Shown here piece after piece: positions 9,657 to 17,808 of a DNA stretch of 64,000 nt. The stretch's first letter is position 1, and each line of letters opens with the position of its first letter. Both the position numbers and the translations under genes were made by a program. Below the pieces are notes generated by a model. It saw only the letters and a program-made list of their open reading frames with translations. It ran no database searches and had not been told where the DNA came from. Origin of the DNA: Patescibacteria group bacterium (GTDB taxonomy: Bacteria; Patescibacteriota; UBA1384; UBA12157; JAENIV01); NCBI GenBank assembly GCA_041666185.1, contig JBAYHL010000002.1, forward strand, positions 1,834 through 65,833, read 5' to 3'.

Positions 9657-10847
9657 ATTTTTCTCTAAAACTTTATAAAAATTTTGATCAGAAAATTGCT
9701 CAATTGCTAATTTGCGAGCATTTTGGGAGTATTTTTTTAATTTAGCTTTATTTTGATATAAATCTAAAATAGCTTGAGCTAAATCATTACTCGCTCCAGG
9801 GTTAACAACCGTACCAACCTGGTTTTCTTCAATTAAACTTTTTAAGTTTTTACCAGCACAAGCAATAATTGGTTTGCCACAGCCTAAATATTCAGAAGTT
9901 TTTGTAGGCAAAGCATTATCAGAAAAGAATTTATTTTTTGAAAGTGAAATTAGTCCTAAATCAGCTCCGTTGATAAGTTCAACGATTTTTTCTGTTGGTT
10001 GACCGTTGATAAAAGACATATTTTTTAAATTTGCTTTCTTCGCGGCAGTAATTAAATTACCCTTATCTTCACCCTCGCCAACCATAAGTATTTTTATTTT
10101 AGGATATTTTTTTAAAATTACCGCCGCTTCAATAACAGTTTTGAGATTTTGGACTTGAGTAAGGGAACCGACGTAAATAATTAGAAAATCTTCCAAAGAA
10201 AAGCCAAGTTTTTTTCGATCAACTTTTATTGGTTTGAAAACGTCAGTATTAACCGTGTTGAGCAAAGTAACAACCCTGTTTTGAGGTATGCCCATTTCAA
10301 TAATTGTTTTACGAATTTCTCCCGTAGCACAAAAAATTTTATTGGCACGAATATAATAATATTTTTCTAAAGATTTAAGAATTTTTTTAATAAAACCATT
10401 ACTTTTATAGCCAAGCTCAAAAGCAGAATCTGGCCAAAGATCACGAACGTCAAAAATAAATTTGCCTCTGCCTATACGTCTGGCAAAAAGACCAGCAAGC
10501 CCTGAAAAAAAGTTAGGCGAAGAAACAATTACTAAATCAAAAGATTGCATAAAAATAACTGCTATGCAGCTTGAAAAGACAAACATTAAATGATTAATAG
10601 TTCTTTTAATAAAGCCCATATTTGGAGTAGGGAAATCCCAAACACGAAAAATTCTAACATTGTTTTCGAAAGATTTGACCCATAATTTGCCGCGATACTC
10701 TTTGGGCAAGATACCAGTCGGATATGATGGTAAACTTGTTAAAACTGTAACATCATTTTTTTCAGCTAAAAATTCAGCCATTCTAGCCATTCTTTTAACA
10801 GGGGATTTAATCGGTCTGTACCAGTGGCTGATCAAAAGTATTCTCAT
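9645..10847 (-). CDS. Glycosyltransferase family 4 (GT-B, retaining)
   Basis: 400 aa with a GT4 C-terminal domain carrying the EX7E-like TSEYLGCGKPIIA motif. Confidence 0.8.
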   Translation of the reverse strand: MRILLISHWYRPIKSPVKRMARMAEFLAEKNDVTVLTSLPSYPTGILPKEYRGKLWVKSFENNVRIFRVWDFPTPNMGFIKRTINHLMFVFSSCIAVIFMQSFDLVIVSSPNFFSGLAGLFARRIGRGKFIFDVRDLWPDSAFELGYKSNGFIKKILKSLEKYYYIRANKIFCATGEIRKTIIEMGIPQNRVVTLLNTVNTDVFKPIKVDRKKLGFSLEDFLIIYVGSLTQVQNLKTVIEAAVILKKYPKIKILMVGEGEDKGNLITAAKKANLKNMSFINGQPTEKIVELINGADLGLISLSKNKFFSDNALPTKTSEYLGCGKPIIACAGKNLKSLIEENQVGTVVNPGASNDLAQAILDLYQNKAKLKKYSQNARKLAIEQFSDQNFYKVLEKNLPI

Positions 10848-11209
10848 TTTCTTTTCCGTGTTGATTTTTTAGCATTTTTAAGTGCCAATGCTCTTACTAG
10901 TCTAGTGATTTCTTTTTCCTGTTCATTGATTTTAACGTAAAGGCGATAAGTAGCATAAAACAAAGCAACGATACCCAAGAAAAACATGGCGTCATTACCG
11001 CGTTCCATGCCAACCATTTTTGCCAAAAAATTAGTTTTGCCGGGAATAAAAACTAAAACAATCATTGCCCCCCAGACTAAAGACCAAAAAATAAATTCTT
11101 TAATGTTTAAATCTTTTGCTTGAAATCTAATAAAAACCCGCGACCAAGCAAAAACGGCAAAGATGGTAAAAAATATTTTGATTAAGGCTAAACCGCCAAA
11201 AATATGCAT
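10844..11209 (-). CDS. Small membrane protein, DUF2304-like
   Basis: About 120 aa with 3-4 TM helices, directly downstream of a DPM1-like GT2 gene, which is the usual DUF2304 context. ATG at 11209 is preferred over the TTG one codon upstream. Confidence 0.5.
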   Translation of the reverse strand: MHIFGGLALIKIFFTIFAVFAWSRVFIRFQAKDLNIKEFIFWSLVWGAMIVLVFIPGKTNFLAKMVGMERGNDAMFFLGIVALFYATYRLYVKINEQEKEITRLVRALALKNAKKSTRKRK

Positions 11210-11223
11210 CAAGTCTCTCCGAT

Positions 11224-11910
11224 TTATTTACTAAAGAATCTTCGATATATTAATTTAGAAATTATCCTAAAGCCATTAATATTTTTTTGACCCTTCTCAA
11301 GAGAATATTTAGTATAAATACTTGTGATAGGGACTTCAAGTAATCTTAAATTTTTGCGGCCAATTTCGTAAAAGAATTCTGAAGAAACTTCCATTTTATT
11401 GGTTTGGATATCTATTTTTTCGATTGCTTTACGATTAAAGGCGCGTAGACCGGATTGTGAATCAGTTGTCCAAACCCAAAAAAACATGAAAGTGATTAGA
11501 TTAAGGCCCCAGATACCAACAATTCTATACCAAGGCATACCATCGGTTTTCTTAAGTCGTGAACCAATAACAACATCGGCTTTTTTTTGAACCAATGGTT
11601 TTAAAACAGGCCAAATATCGTCTTGATTATGTTGACCATCGGCATCAAAGGTTAAAAGGAGATCAAAATCATTTCTTCTGGCATATTCAAAACCAGTGCC
11701 GAGGGCGCCACCCAGACCTCGGTTGAGATCGTGTTCAATTAAAATTACTTTTGCTTTACGAGCAATTTCAGTTGTTTTATCGATTGAGCCATCAGAAACA
11801 ACAATAATCTCAGTTTGATCAATTTTTGGGTATTTCTTTGGAATCGATTTAATAACCGTACTCAAAGTTTTTTCTTCATTGTAGGCGGGAATAAGAATTC
11901 CAAGTTTCAT
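11224..11910 (-). CDS. GT2 polyprenol-phosphate glycosyltransferase (DPM1/GtrB/ArnC-like)
   Basis: ILIPAYNEE...VVSDGSIDKT N-terminus, DXD region and about 230-aa length typical of dolichol-phosphate-mannose-synthase-like GT2. Confidence 0.8.
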   Translation of the reverse strand: MKLGILIPAYNEEKTLSTVIKSIPKKYPKIDQTEIIVVSDGSIDKTTEIARKAKVILIEHDLNRGLGGALGTGFEYARRNDFDLLLTFDADGQHNQDDIWPVLKPLVQKKADVVIGSRLKKTDGMPWYRIVGIWGLNLITFMFFWVWTTDSQSGLRAFNRKAIEKIDIQTNKMEVSSEFFYEIGRKNLRLLEVPITSIYTKYSLEKGQKNINGFRIISKLIYRRFFSK

Positions 11911-12095
11911 AAGTATAATCTTTCTTTAGAATATTACAGTGTTTCTAATATATGATAAGAAACACCAAAATGCTAAAAAAGTCAAGCCATGTCATTCGAC
12001 ATGGTACATCTTTGCAAAAGAATTCTAGCAGGGTCAAGGGTGGTATTCTAGGTTAAAATCTGATAAAATATAAATAATAAAGGTATTATATTTTG

Positions 12096-12110
12096 TGGAA
12101 GGGTCGCATA
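12096..12110 (+). repeat. 15-nt exact direct repeat of the tRNA-Ser(TGA) 5' end (tggaagggtcgcata)
   Basis: Identical 15-mer at 12096-12110 and 12175-12189 (tRNA positions 1-14 plus the preceding T). The first copy does not fold into a tRNA. Confidence 0.6.
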
Positions 12111-12175
12111 ACAACCTACCTGCGGTAGAACGTTGTGCATCCTCTGCTATTTAATTCGTTTGACAACTGGCTTAT

Positions 12176-12262
12176 GGAAGGGTCGCATAGTGGACTAGTG
12201 CGCCTGTCTTGAAAACAGGTGATCATGCAAGTGATCCGTGAGTTCGAATCTCACCCCTTCCG
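12176..12262 (+). tRNA. tRNA-Ser (anticodon TGA)
   Basis: Hand-folded cloverleaf. Acceptor GGAAGGG/CCCTTCC, anticodon stem CCTGT/ACAGG with loop CTTGAAA, long variable arm, T-arm GTGAG-TTCGAAT-CTCAC and discriminator G. No encoded CCA. Confidence 0.8.
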
Positions 12263-12282
12263 TTTATTTTCAACCTAAAAAA

Positions 12283-13167
12283 ATGATTAGTTATCTATAT
12301 ATAATTATTGCTGGAATTCTATCTGGTATTATTGTTTTTGGCGGACAGGTTTTTGCTAATAAAGGATTATCTGCTTTAGAGATTTCAGTTATTCCTTTTG
12401 CAATTAGCGGTTTGATGCTTTTACCTTTTGTTTTGTTAAAAAAAGAATTTCGAGCAAAAAAAGGAATCCTTGCTCTTTTGATTCTGTATGGAATTGTTAG
12501 TGCTGTTACTATTGTTGGTCAATATTTTTCGTTGTATTTTGGTATTCCTGTAGCGATCGTTGTTCTTTTACTATATGTACAACCTCTTTGGACAACTTTA
12601 ATCTGCAAATTTGGTTTTAAAGAAAAAATTTCTCGACGGGAGATCTTTGCTTGCAGCATTGTTTTATTAGGCGTGTCGATCTTAGTTAATCCATTTCGTA
12701 GTTTTGGCAGCTATAATATTATTGGATTAATTTTAGCTACTTTAGGTGGTATTTCTTTATCAGGATGGATTATTACTGGTAGTGTCTTGTCTAAAAAAGG
12801 TAATTCTCCAATTAGTTCTCAATTTTTTGGAGTTTCGTTTACGGTTTTATTGCTTGTTTTATTAATGCCATTTTTAAAAAATTTAGGACTTTCACAATCA
12901 TTGATTTCTTTCGATTTAAATTTTTCTAAGATTGTTTGGTTATGGTTAGTTGTTTTTAGTATTTTTGCGATAACAATTAATCAAATTTTATATCTCCAAG
13001 GAGTCAAAAAAGTATCTGCTGTAGATGCAGGAATTATCATGTTATTGGAGCCAATTGTAGGAGCAATTTTGGCGAGTTTATTTTTACATCAAATCTTAAG
13101 TGTTAACATTGTTATCGGCGGTATTCTAATTTTGGTTGCGAACTATATGGTAATCACAAAACAATAA
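12283..13167 (+). CDS. DMT-superfamily (EamA-like) transporter
   Basis: About 10 TM helices in two 5-TM halves. The track start (GTG 12238) lies inside the tRNA, so the start was moved to ATG 12283. Confidence 0.65.
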   Translation: MISYLYIIIAGILSGIIVFGGQVFANKGLSALEISVIPFAISGLMLLPFVLLKKEFRAKKGILALLILYGIVSAVTIVGQYFSLYFGIPVAIVVLLLYVQPLWTTLICKFGFKEKISRREIFACSIVLLGVSILVNPFRSFGSYNIIGLILATLGGISLSGWIITGSVLSKKGNSPISSQFFGVSFTVLLLVLLMPFLKNLGLSQSLISFDLNFSKIVWLWLVVFSIFAITINQILYLQGVKKVSAVDAGIIMLLEPIVGAILASLFLHQILSVNIVIGGILILVANYMVITKQ

Positions 13168-13183
13168 ATTTATTTAAACAAAA

Positions 13184-13687
13184 ATGAAAGATTTAGTTGT
13201 TCAAGATTTAATTGAACAAAAGATTTATTTGATTCGAGGTTGCAAAGTTATGCTTGCGATCGATCTTGCTATTTTGTATGGTGTGCCTACTTATCGGCTT
13301 AATGAGCAGGTCAAAAGAAATATTAAAAGATTTCCTGAAGATTTCATGTTTCGGTTAACCAAAGAGGAAACTATATCTTTAAGATCGCAAAATGCGATCT
13401 TAACCGAGAAAAAATTTGATGTTTATCGTCCTTATGCCTTTACAGAGCAAGGTGTGGCCATGCTTTCAAGTGTTTTAAATTCCGATCGAGCGATTCAAGT
13501 TAACATTCAAATCATAAGAACATTTATTAAATTAAGAGAACTTTTGGCAACCCACAAAGATTTGATTAAGAAAATTGAAGAGATGGAAAAGGGGTATGAT
13601 AGGCAGTTCAGGATTGTTTTTCAAATAATCAGAGGACTTTCTGACCCACCAAAAGAATCAAATAAAAAGATTGGTTTTCGGCCATGA
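13184..13687 (+). CDS. ORF6N-domain protein (phage/mobile-element associated DNA-binding family)
   Basis: N-terminal IRGCKVMLAIDLAILYGVPTYRLNEQVKRNIKRFPEDFMFRLTKEE matches the ORF6N domain signature. Confidence 0.8.
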   Translation: MKDLVVQDLIEQKIYLIRGCKVMLAIDLAILYGVPTYRLNEQVKRNIKRFPEDFMFRLTKEETISLRSQNAILTEKKFDVYRPYAFTEQGVAMLSSVLNSDRAIQVNIQIIRTFIKLRELLATHKDLIKKIEEMEKGYDRQFRIVFQIIRGLSDPPKESNKKIGFRP

Positions 13688-13740
13688 TCTCTATAATCTA
13701 CTGGTAAAAAACTAGTAAATAAGTTACACTCTAAATACTT

Positions 13741-13834
13741 GGAGAGTTGCCCGAGCGGCTTAAGGGAACGGTTTGCTAAACCGTCGGTGGGCTAATACCT
13801 CGCCACAGAGGTTCGAATCCTCTACTCTCCGCCA
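13741..13834 (+). tRNA. tRNA-Ser (anticodon GCT), CCA encoded
   Basis: Acceptor GGAGAGT/ACTCTCC, anticodon stem ACGGT/ACCGT with loop TTGCTAA, long variable arm, T-loop TTCGAAT and 3' GCCA. Confidence 0.8.
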
Positions 13835-13944
13835 ATTGACAGGCTCATGGCTGATAAACTAAGAGGTTGTTTCGCCAGCCCAAGACCTTCTGCTTGTTAG
13901 GAGGTTTTAGGCTGACGCTATTTAACACAAGGGGGGTGATTTCG

Positions 13945-14217
13945 ATGATGGTGGTAAAGTTAGAGTCAGGTTTCAAACAGATGCGACCGTATAGTCAAAA
14001 ACGATGTCAGCGGTGTTCGCAGCATTGCACGATTTATATCAGGCAAGTTAGCGGACACAACATGGTGGAAAATCTTTCTTTGATTAAGGGTCCATGTTTA
14101 GTGGACCAATGCAAACAACCAAAATGTGAAAATGTTGCCAAAATCTTTAAACTCAAAGAAGAGGTTCGCCAGCACGAAATTATCCGTCGGCTACTTCGAA
14201 GCCTTCCCATAGATTGA
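13945..14217 (+). CDS. Small Cys-rich hypothetical protein (about 90 aa; possible zinc-ribbon), status uncertain
   Basis: RBS AAGGGGGG lies 8 nt upstream of ATGATG. Cys clusters C-x2-C-x3-C and C-x4-C-x4-C. Followed by a GC hairpin terminator. GC is about 45%, against a roughly 33% background. Confidence 0.35.
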   Translation: MMVVKLESGFKQMRPYSQKRCQRCSQHCTIYIRQVSGHNMVENLSLIKGPCLVDQCKQPKCENVAKIFKLKEEVRQHEIIRRLLRSLPID

Positions 14218-14228
14218 ACTTTTTTGTA

Positions 14229-14259
14229 GGGCGCCCACTTCAAACAGGCGCCTTTTTTT
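14229..14259 (+). terminator. Rho-independent terminator
   Basis: GGCGCC-11 nt loop-GGCGCC followed by T7. Confidence 0.7.
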
Positions 14260-14295
14260 GACTTCTGTTTCTTGAAGGGGTATTTTAATATCGCT

Positions 14296-15195
14296 ATGAA
14301 ATTTCCCGAAAATAAAAAATTTGGCTTTACAGTTATTGACGATACCGATGGAGGAAAAATTGATAACATTAAACCTGTTTACGATTTTTTGTATAAATTA
14401 GGTTTTAAAACGACTAAAACGGTTTGGATAATGCCTCCAAGAGATAGCTTTAAGGGACTGTCTTTGCAGGATTATCGTTATCGTCAATTTATTAATAAGC
14501 TTCAACGTCAAGGTTTCGAAATTGCTCTCCACTCGGTTGGGTCGGGAAAATTTACAAGACAAGATACACTTGACGGTTTGGAAATTTTTAAAAAATTTGT
14601 GGGAAAGTTTCCTAAAATCCAAATAAACCATTCCCAAAATCCTGATAGTATTTATTGGGGAGTGAAAAGATCGAGTTTACTGAAACCCTTTTGGCGATTG
14701 TCGAAATTTGCTGGTGACGAGCAAAAATCTGCTTATTTTTGGGGAGATTATCATAAAAAATATATTAAATATACTCGTAATTTTTGTTTTAATAATTTAA
14801 ATACTCTAAAAATTGATAAAAATATGCCTTATAAGGATCCTGCTAAAACTTATGCTAATTACTGGTTTAGCGGTGCTGATGGGGCGAATGTGGAAAAATT
14901 TAATAAGTTAACTAGACCTAAAAATGTCGACCTTTTAGAAAATGAGGGTGGAGTGGCGATCATTTATACTCATTTTGCTTCAGGGTTTGTTAAAAATGGT
15001 CGGCTAAATTTAGAATTTCAAAAAAACTTATCTTATATTGCTCGAAAAGGTGGTTATTTTGTGCCGGCAAGTGAGCTTTTGGATTATTTAAAAAGCACTA
15101 AAAAACAAGAAATAGCATCATCGGCAGATATTAAAAAGTTAGAACTTAAGTGGCTTTGGCAGAAATTTCTTGAAAAAATTCCGTTTGTAGGGTAG
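14296..15195 (+). CDS. Hypothetical protein (weak NodB/polysaccharide-deacetylase-like TVIDDTDGG motif)
   Basis: 300 aa. Has a TFDD-like motif near the N-terminus but no clear HxxH second motif, so function is not assigned. Confidence 0.35.
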   Translation: MKFPENKKFGFTVIDDTDGGKIDNIKPVYDFLYKLGFKTTKTVWIMPPRDSFKGLSLQDYRYRQFINKLQRQGFEIALHSVGSGKFTRQDTLDGLEIFKKFVGKFPKIQINHSQNPDSIYWGVKRSSLLKPFWRLSKFAGDEQKSAYFWGDYHKKYIKYTRNFCFNNLNTLKIDKNMPYKDPAKTYANYWFSGADGANVEKFNKLTRPKNVDLLENEGGVAIIYTHFASGFVKNGRLNLEFQKNLSYIARKGGYFVPASELLDYLKSTKKQEIASSADIKKLELKWLWQKFLEKIPFVG

Positions 15196-15263
15196 AATAA
15201 AGGGCGTGATGCGCATCCGTAAGCCTTTTGCTTTAAGCTATGCTACGGTCGCTTGATACATTC

Positions 15264-15339
15264 GCGCCCGTAGCTCAGCGGATAGAGCGTCAGATTGCGG
15301 ATCTGAAGGCCGCAGGTTCAAGTCCTGCCGGGCGCACCA
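15264..15339 (+). tRNA. tRNA-Arg (anticodon GCG by hand-fold), CCA encoded
   Basis: 76 nt. GCGCCCG/CGGGCGC acceptor, Arg-like D-arm GCTCAGCGGATAGAGC, anticodon stem TCAGA/TCTGA with loop TTGCGGA, T-loop TTCAAGT, discriminator A and CCA. Confidence 0.7.
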
Positions 15340-15518
15340 AGTAAAAGATGCTAAACTTTTAGTTTTGTCCAAACGAAGTTTAAGCAAAAGAAAATTTTTG
15401 ATGACTCCTATAAAAAAGGGGTTATTTTTAATATTCTAAGTAGTCGTTAAAGCCTTCACAAATTCTCAATTATAGTCTATTATTAAGTCGATCAATCTTA
15501 TTCGTGGAGGTGTAACCC

Positions 15519-15950
15519 TTGATTACCAGACTTCAGCGTTTTTGCATGCTGTTTGACACTATGATGCTCCCAACGTTTAGAGCTGATGGGATTTGTAAGT
15601 TTCAGACAGTTAAAATTTTGTCAAACATCCCGTTGGATAATTGGTCGCTCGACTTGTCCGAAGGCTCAACTCGGCCGAAATTTCAAACCATTACCCCCAA
15701 AGGTATTGCCGTGACTTTTGGAAATGAAGGTAGTAGTTATCCTTATCTCTATTTGGTGGTAGGTGATAAGAAATGGTTGGCTGGCAATTACAGCTGGACT
15801 TGTCCTGTTATGGCACTCTGGAAGAGGCTTAATAAGCACAAACCCTTCCGTTCTTGTTTGCGACAACTTCGGTCTGATGAGCTCACAGCTCGACGAAGCG
15901 AAGAGCGAAACAAGATTGCTCAAATCTTGGGATTTCCCTCAAACCTGTGA
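15519..15950 (+). CDS. Hypothetical protein (TTG start with RBS GGAGGTG); coding status ambiguous, could instead be a structured RNA
   Basis: Good RBS spacing to the TTG and a strong terminator 30 nt downstream. However, GC is about 47% and there are overlapping ORFs of at least 60 aa in two other frames and on the other strand. No recognisable domain. Confidence 0.3.
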   Translation: MITRLQRFCMLFDTMMLPTFRADGICKFQTVKILSNIPLDNWSLDLSEGSTRPKFQTITPKGIAVTFGNEGSSYPYLYLVVGDKKWLAGNYSWTCPVMALWKRLNKHKPFRSCLRQLRSDELTARRSEERNKIAQILGFPSNL

Positions 15951-15981
15951 TTACGTCCACATCTGATTTTTAAACATTTTT

Positions 15982-16013
15982 GGAGCTCCTACTTTGGAGC
16001 TCCAGTTTTTTTT
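15982..16013 (+). terminator. Rho-independent terminator
   Basis: GGAGCTCC-tacttt-GGAGCTCC perfect 8-bp GC stem followed by T8. Confidence 0.75.
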
Positions 16014-16229
16014 GATTGAAATAAGCTCGAACTATTTTGAACGAAGCGAAAAACAAGGTTCCGCGAAGCAGGTTCTTATTTCCAAAATAGAGAGCCATTA
16101 TGACAAGATGGTTTAATCTTGTCTTTTTGTTAAATTTATTGTATTCTTTACGCGAGGAGGTCAGGCAGTAGCTTGGCTTTTTTGTTTTTTTGAAATTCGA
16201 AAAAATGTCAGTCATATGTAGAGGAGGAA

Positions 16230-16865
16230 ATGATGGAAAAGCAGGAAATTAAACGGGTATTTGAAAAAACCAACGCGATTATCACTAATAGCCATATTGT
16301 CTACACTTCTGGTAAGCACGGCTCAGCTTACGTTAATAAGGACGCGATTTATCCGCACACAGTAGAGACATCGCGGCTTTGTCGAGCTATCGCTGAAGAA
16401 TTTGTAAGCAGTAATGTTCGTGTAGTTATTGCTCCGGCAATTGGTGGTGTAATTCTTTCGCAGTGGACAGCTTTTCATTTGTCACGGCTAACTGGTGAAA
16501 CTGTTTTTGGCATTTATGCCGAAAAAGAAGGTGACGAATTTGTTGTCAGACGTGGCTACGACAAGATTTTGCTTGGTCGGAATGTTTTGGTAGTAGAAGA
16601 TGTTCTTACTACTGGTGGTTCGGTCAAGAAAGTAATTGAAGTGACGCGCAATCTTGGAGGCAACGTTGTTGGACTAGGGGCTTTGTGTAATCGTGGCGGA
16701 GTAACCCCAAAAGATGTGGCAGACCCACCAAAGCTTTTTACCCTTATCGACCTAAAACTCGATATGTGGGACGAAGCTGATTGCCCTCTTTGTGCAGAAG
16801 GTGTACCTATCAATACAAGCGTTGGCAAGGGCAAAGAATTTCTTGCCCTCAAAAACGCAGACTAA
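16230..16865 (+). CDS. Type I phosphoribosyltransferase (orotate phosphoribosyltransferase-like)
   Basis: PRPP-binding motif VLVVEDVLTTGGSV and about 210-aa length. GC about 45%. Confidence 0.6.
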   Translation: MMEKQEIKRVFEKTNAIITNSHIVYTSGKHGSAYVNKDAIYPHTVETSRLCRAIAEEFVSSNVRVVIAPAIGGVILSQWTAFHLSRLTGETVFGIYAEKEGDEFVVRRGYDKILLGRNVLVVEDVLTTGGSVKKVIEVTRNLGGNVVGLGALCNRGGVTPKDVADPPKLFTLIDLKLDMWDEADCPLCAEGVPINTSVGKGKEFLALKNAD

Positions 16866-16932
16866 GCATTAGAAATTAGAATTATCACAAATCAAGCGGC
16901 ATTTGTTTAAAAGCAAGGCCGCTTTTTTTAAA

Positions 16933-16965
16933 ATTAAAAAAAGCGAGAAAGATTTTTCTCGCTTG
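16933..16965 (-). terminator. Rho-independent terminator for the minus-strand gene
   Basis: Minus-strand AAGCGAGAA-aaatc-TTTCTCGCT followed by a T-run. A weaker plus-strand hairpin at 16897-16930 may serve the PRTase gene. Confidence 0.5.
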
Positions 16966-16987
16966 CAAATTGATAGAAAAGAATAGG

Positions 16988-17674
16988 TTATGTGGTGACT
17001 TGAGATAGCTCCAACGACATAAATTGCCGTAGTTCACCATAAGTTTCAATTTCCTTGGGGATTGCTATGTCCAAATCACAACCTACACACCAGATACTGT
17101 TTTCGTCTTGATGGAGAGTATGATGCATTGGCCCGTTGCAACCTACATGATGTCCGGCAATATGATAATCGTCGTAAATCTTGTCACTTTCTTCGCCGTG
17201 TCGGACGAAATAAAAATAACGGCCTTGGGAAAACGCAAAACGCTCTTCCAGTAAATCTCCCTTCTGAGTTAATTGGATTGGTTCAAGGGGAAAACTTTGT
17301 TTAACTTCAGCGGCGATTGTTTCGATAAGTTGCTCACGATCTTTTGCGTTATCGATAGCACATTGCAAGGCGCAATCAAGCCAACCGGTAGCAAATTCGT
17401 GGTCCTTGTTGCTCAGATCTGTTATTTTGAATGGACAAAGCTTATTAACCCGGCGGAATTGGAGACTATCTCCATAATGGGACGGTAGCATTACGTTGGA
17501 TTTGCCAAGAACTAACTGTTTAACTTCACAAACATCTAATCCGAAACCAGTTACGGAAACTAATTCGAAAAGTATTTGCATTTCATGATCAGGTAGTTCT
17601 TTGATTTCTTTCCAATCGTATTTCAAGGCCAGGTCAACAAATTGCGAAACAACGGCCAAAATTTGCGTTTCCAT
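16988..17674 (-). CDS. Hypothetical protein (His/Cys-rich C-terminal segment HHVGCNGPMHHTLH...CVGCD)
   Basis: 228-aa ORF with its own terminator. GC about 45%. No family recognised. Confidence 0.5.
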   Translation of the reverse strand: METQILAVVSQFVDLALKYDWKEIKELPDHEMQILFELVSVTGFGLDVCEVKQLVLGKSNVMLPSHYGDSLQFRRVNKLCPFKITDLSNKDHEFATGWLDCALQCAIDNAKDREQLIETIAAEVKQSFPLEPIQLTQKGDLLEERFAFSQGRYFYFVRHGEESDKIYDDYHIAGHHVGCNGPMHHTLHQDENSIWCVGCDLDIAIPKEIETYGELRQFMSLELSQVTT

Positions 17675-17808
17675 TTTTTTCTCCTTTTTAAGGTACTCTC
17701 TAGATTCTAGAATAACACTAGATTTTAAAGAATTTTTTAATATGTGTCAAGGTTGCTTTGGGTAAAACATTTGTCTAAAAGGGTAGAATATGGTATATTT
17801 TACCTATT

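Noticed and set aside
12238-12282. GTG start at 12238 for the DMT transporter
   Set aside because: The first 25 nt of that ORF are the 3' half of tRNA-Ser(TGA); start moved to ATG 12283.
15666-15966. Minus-strand ORF 15666-15923 and plus-strand ORF 15763-15966 in the GC-rich unit after tRNA-Arg
   Set aside because: Mutually overlapping with the TTG-initiated 143-aa frame. Only that frame has an RBS, and the region may be non-coding altogether.
15970-16215. Minus-strand 81-aa ORF between the terminator and the PRTase gene
   Set aside because: AT-rich, Lys-rich low complexity, and it runs against two hairpin/T-run structures; likely intergenic.
16556-16852. Minus-strand 98-aa ORF (Pro/Ser/Arg-rich) inside the PRTase gene
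   Set aside because: Antisense shadow of a GC-richer gene.
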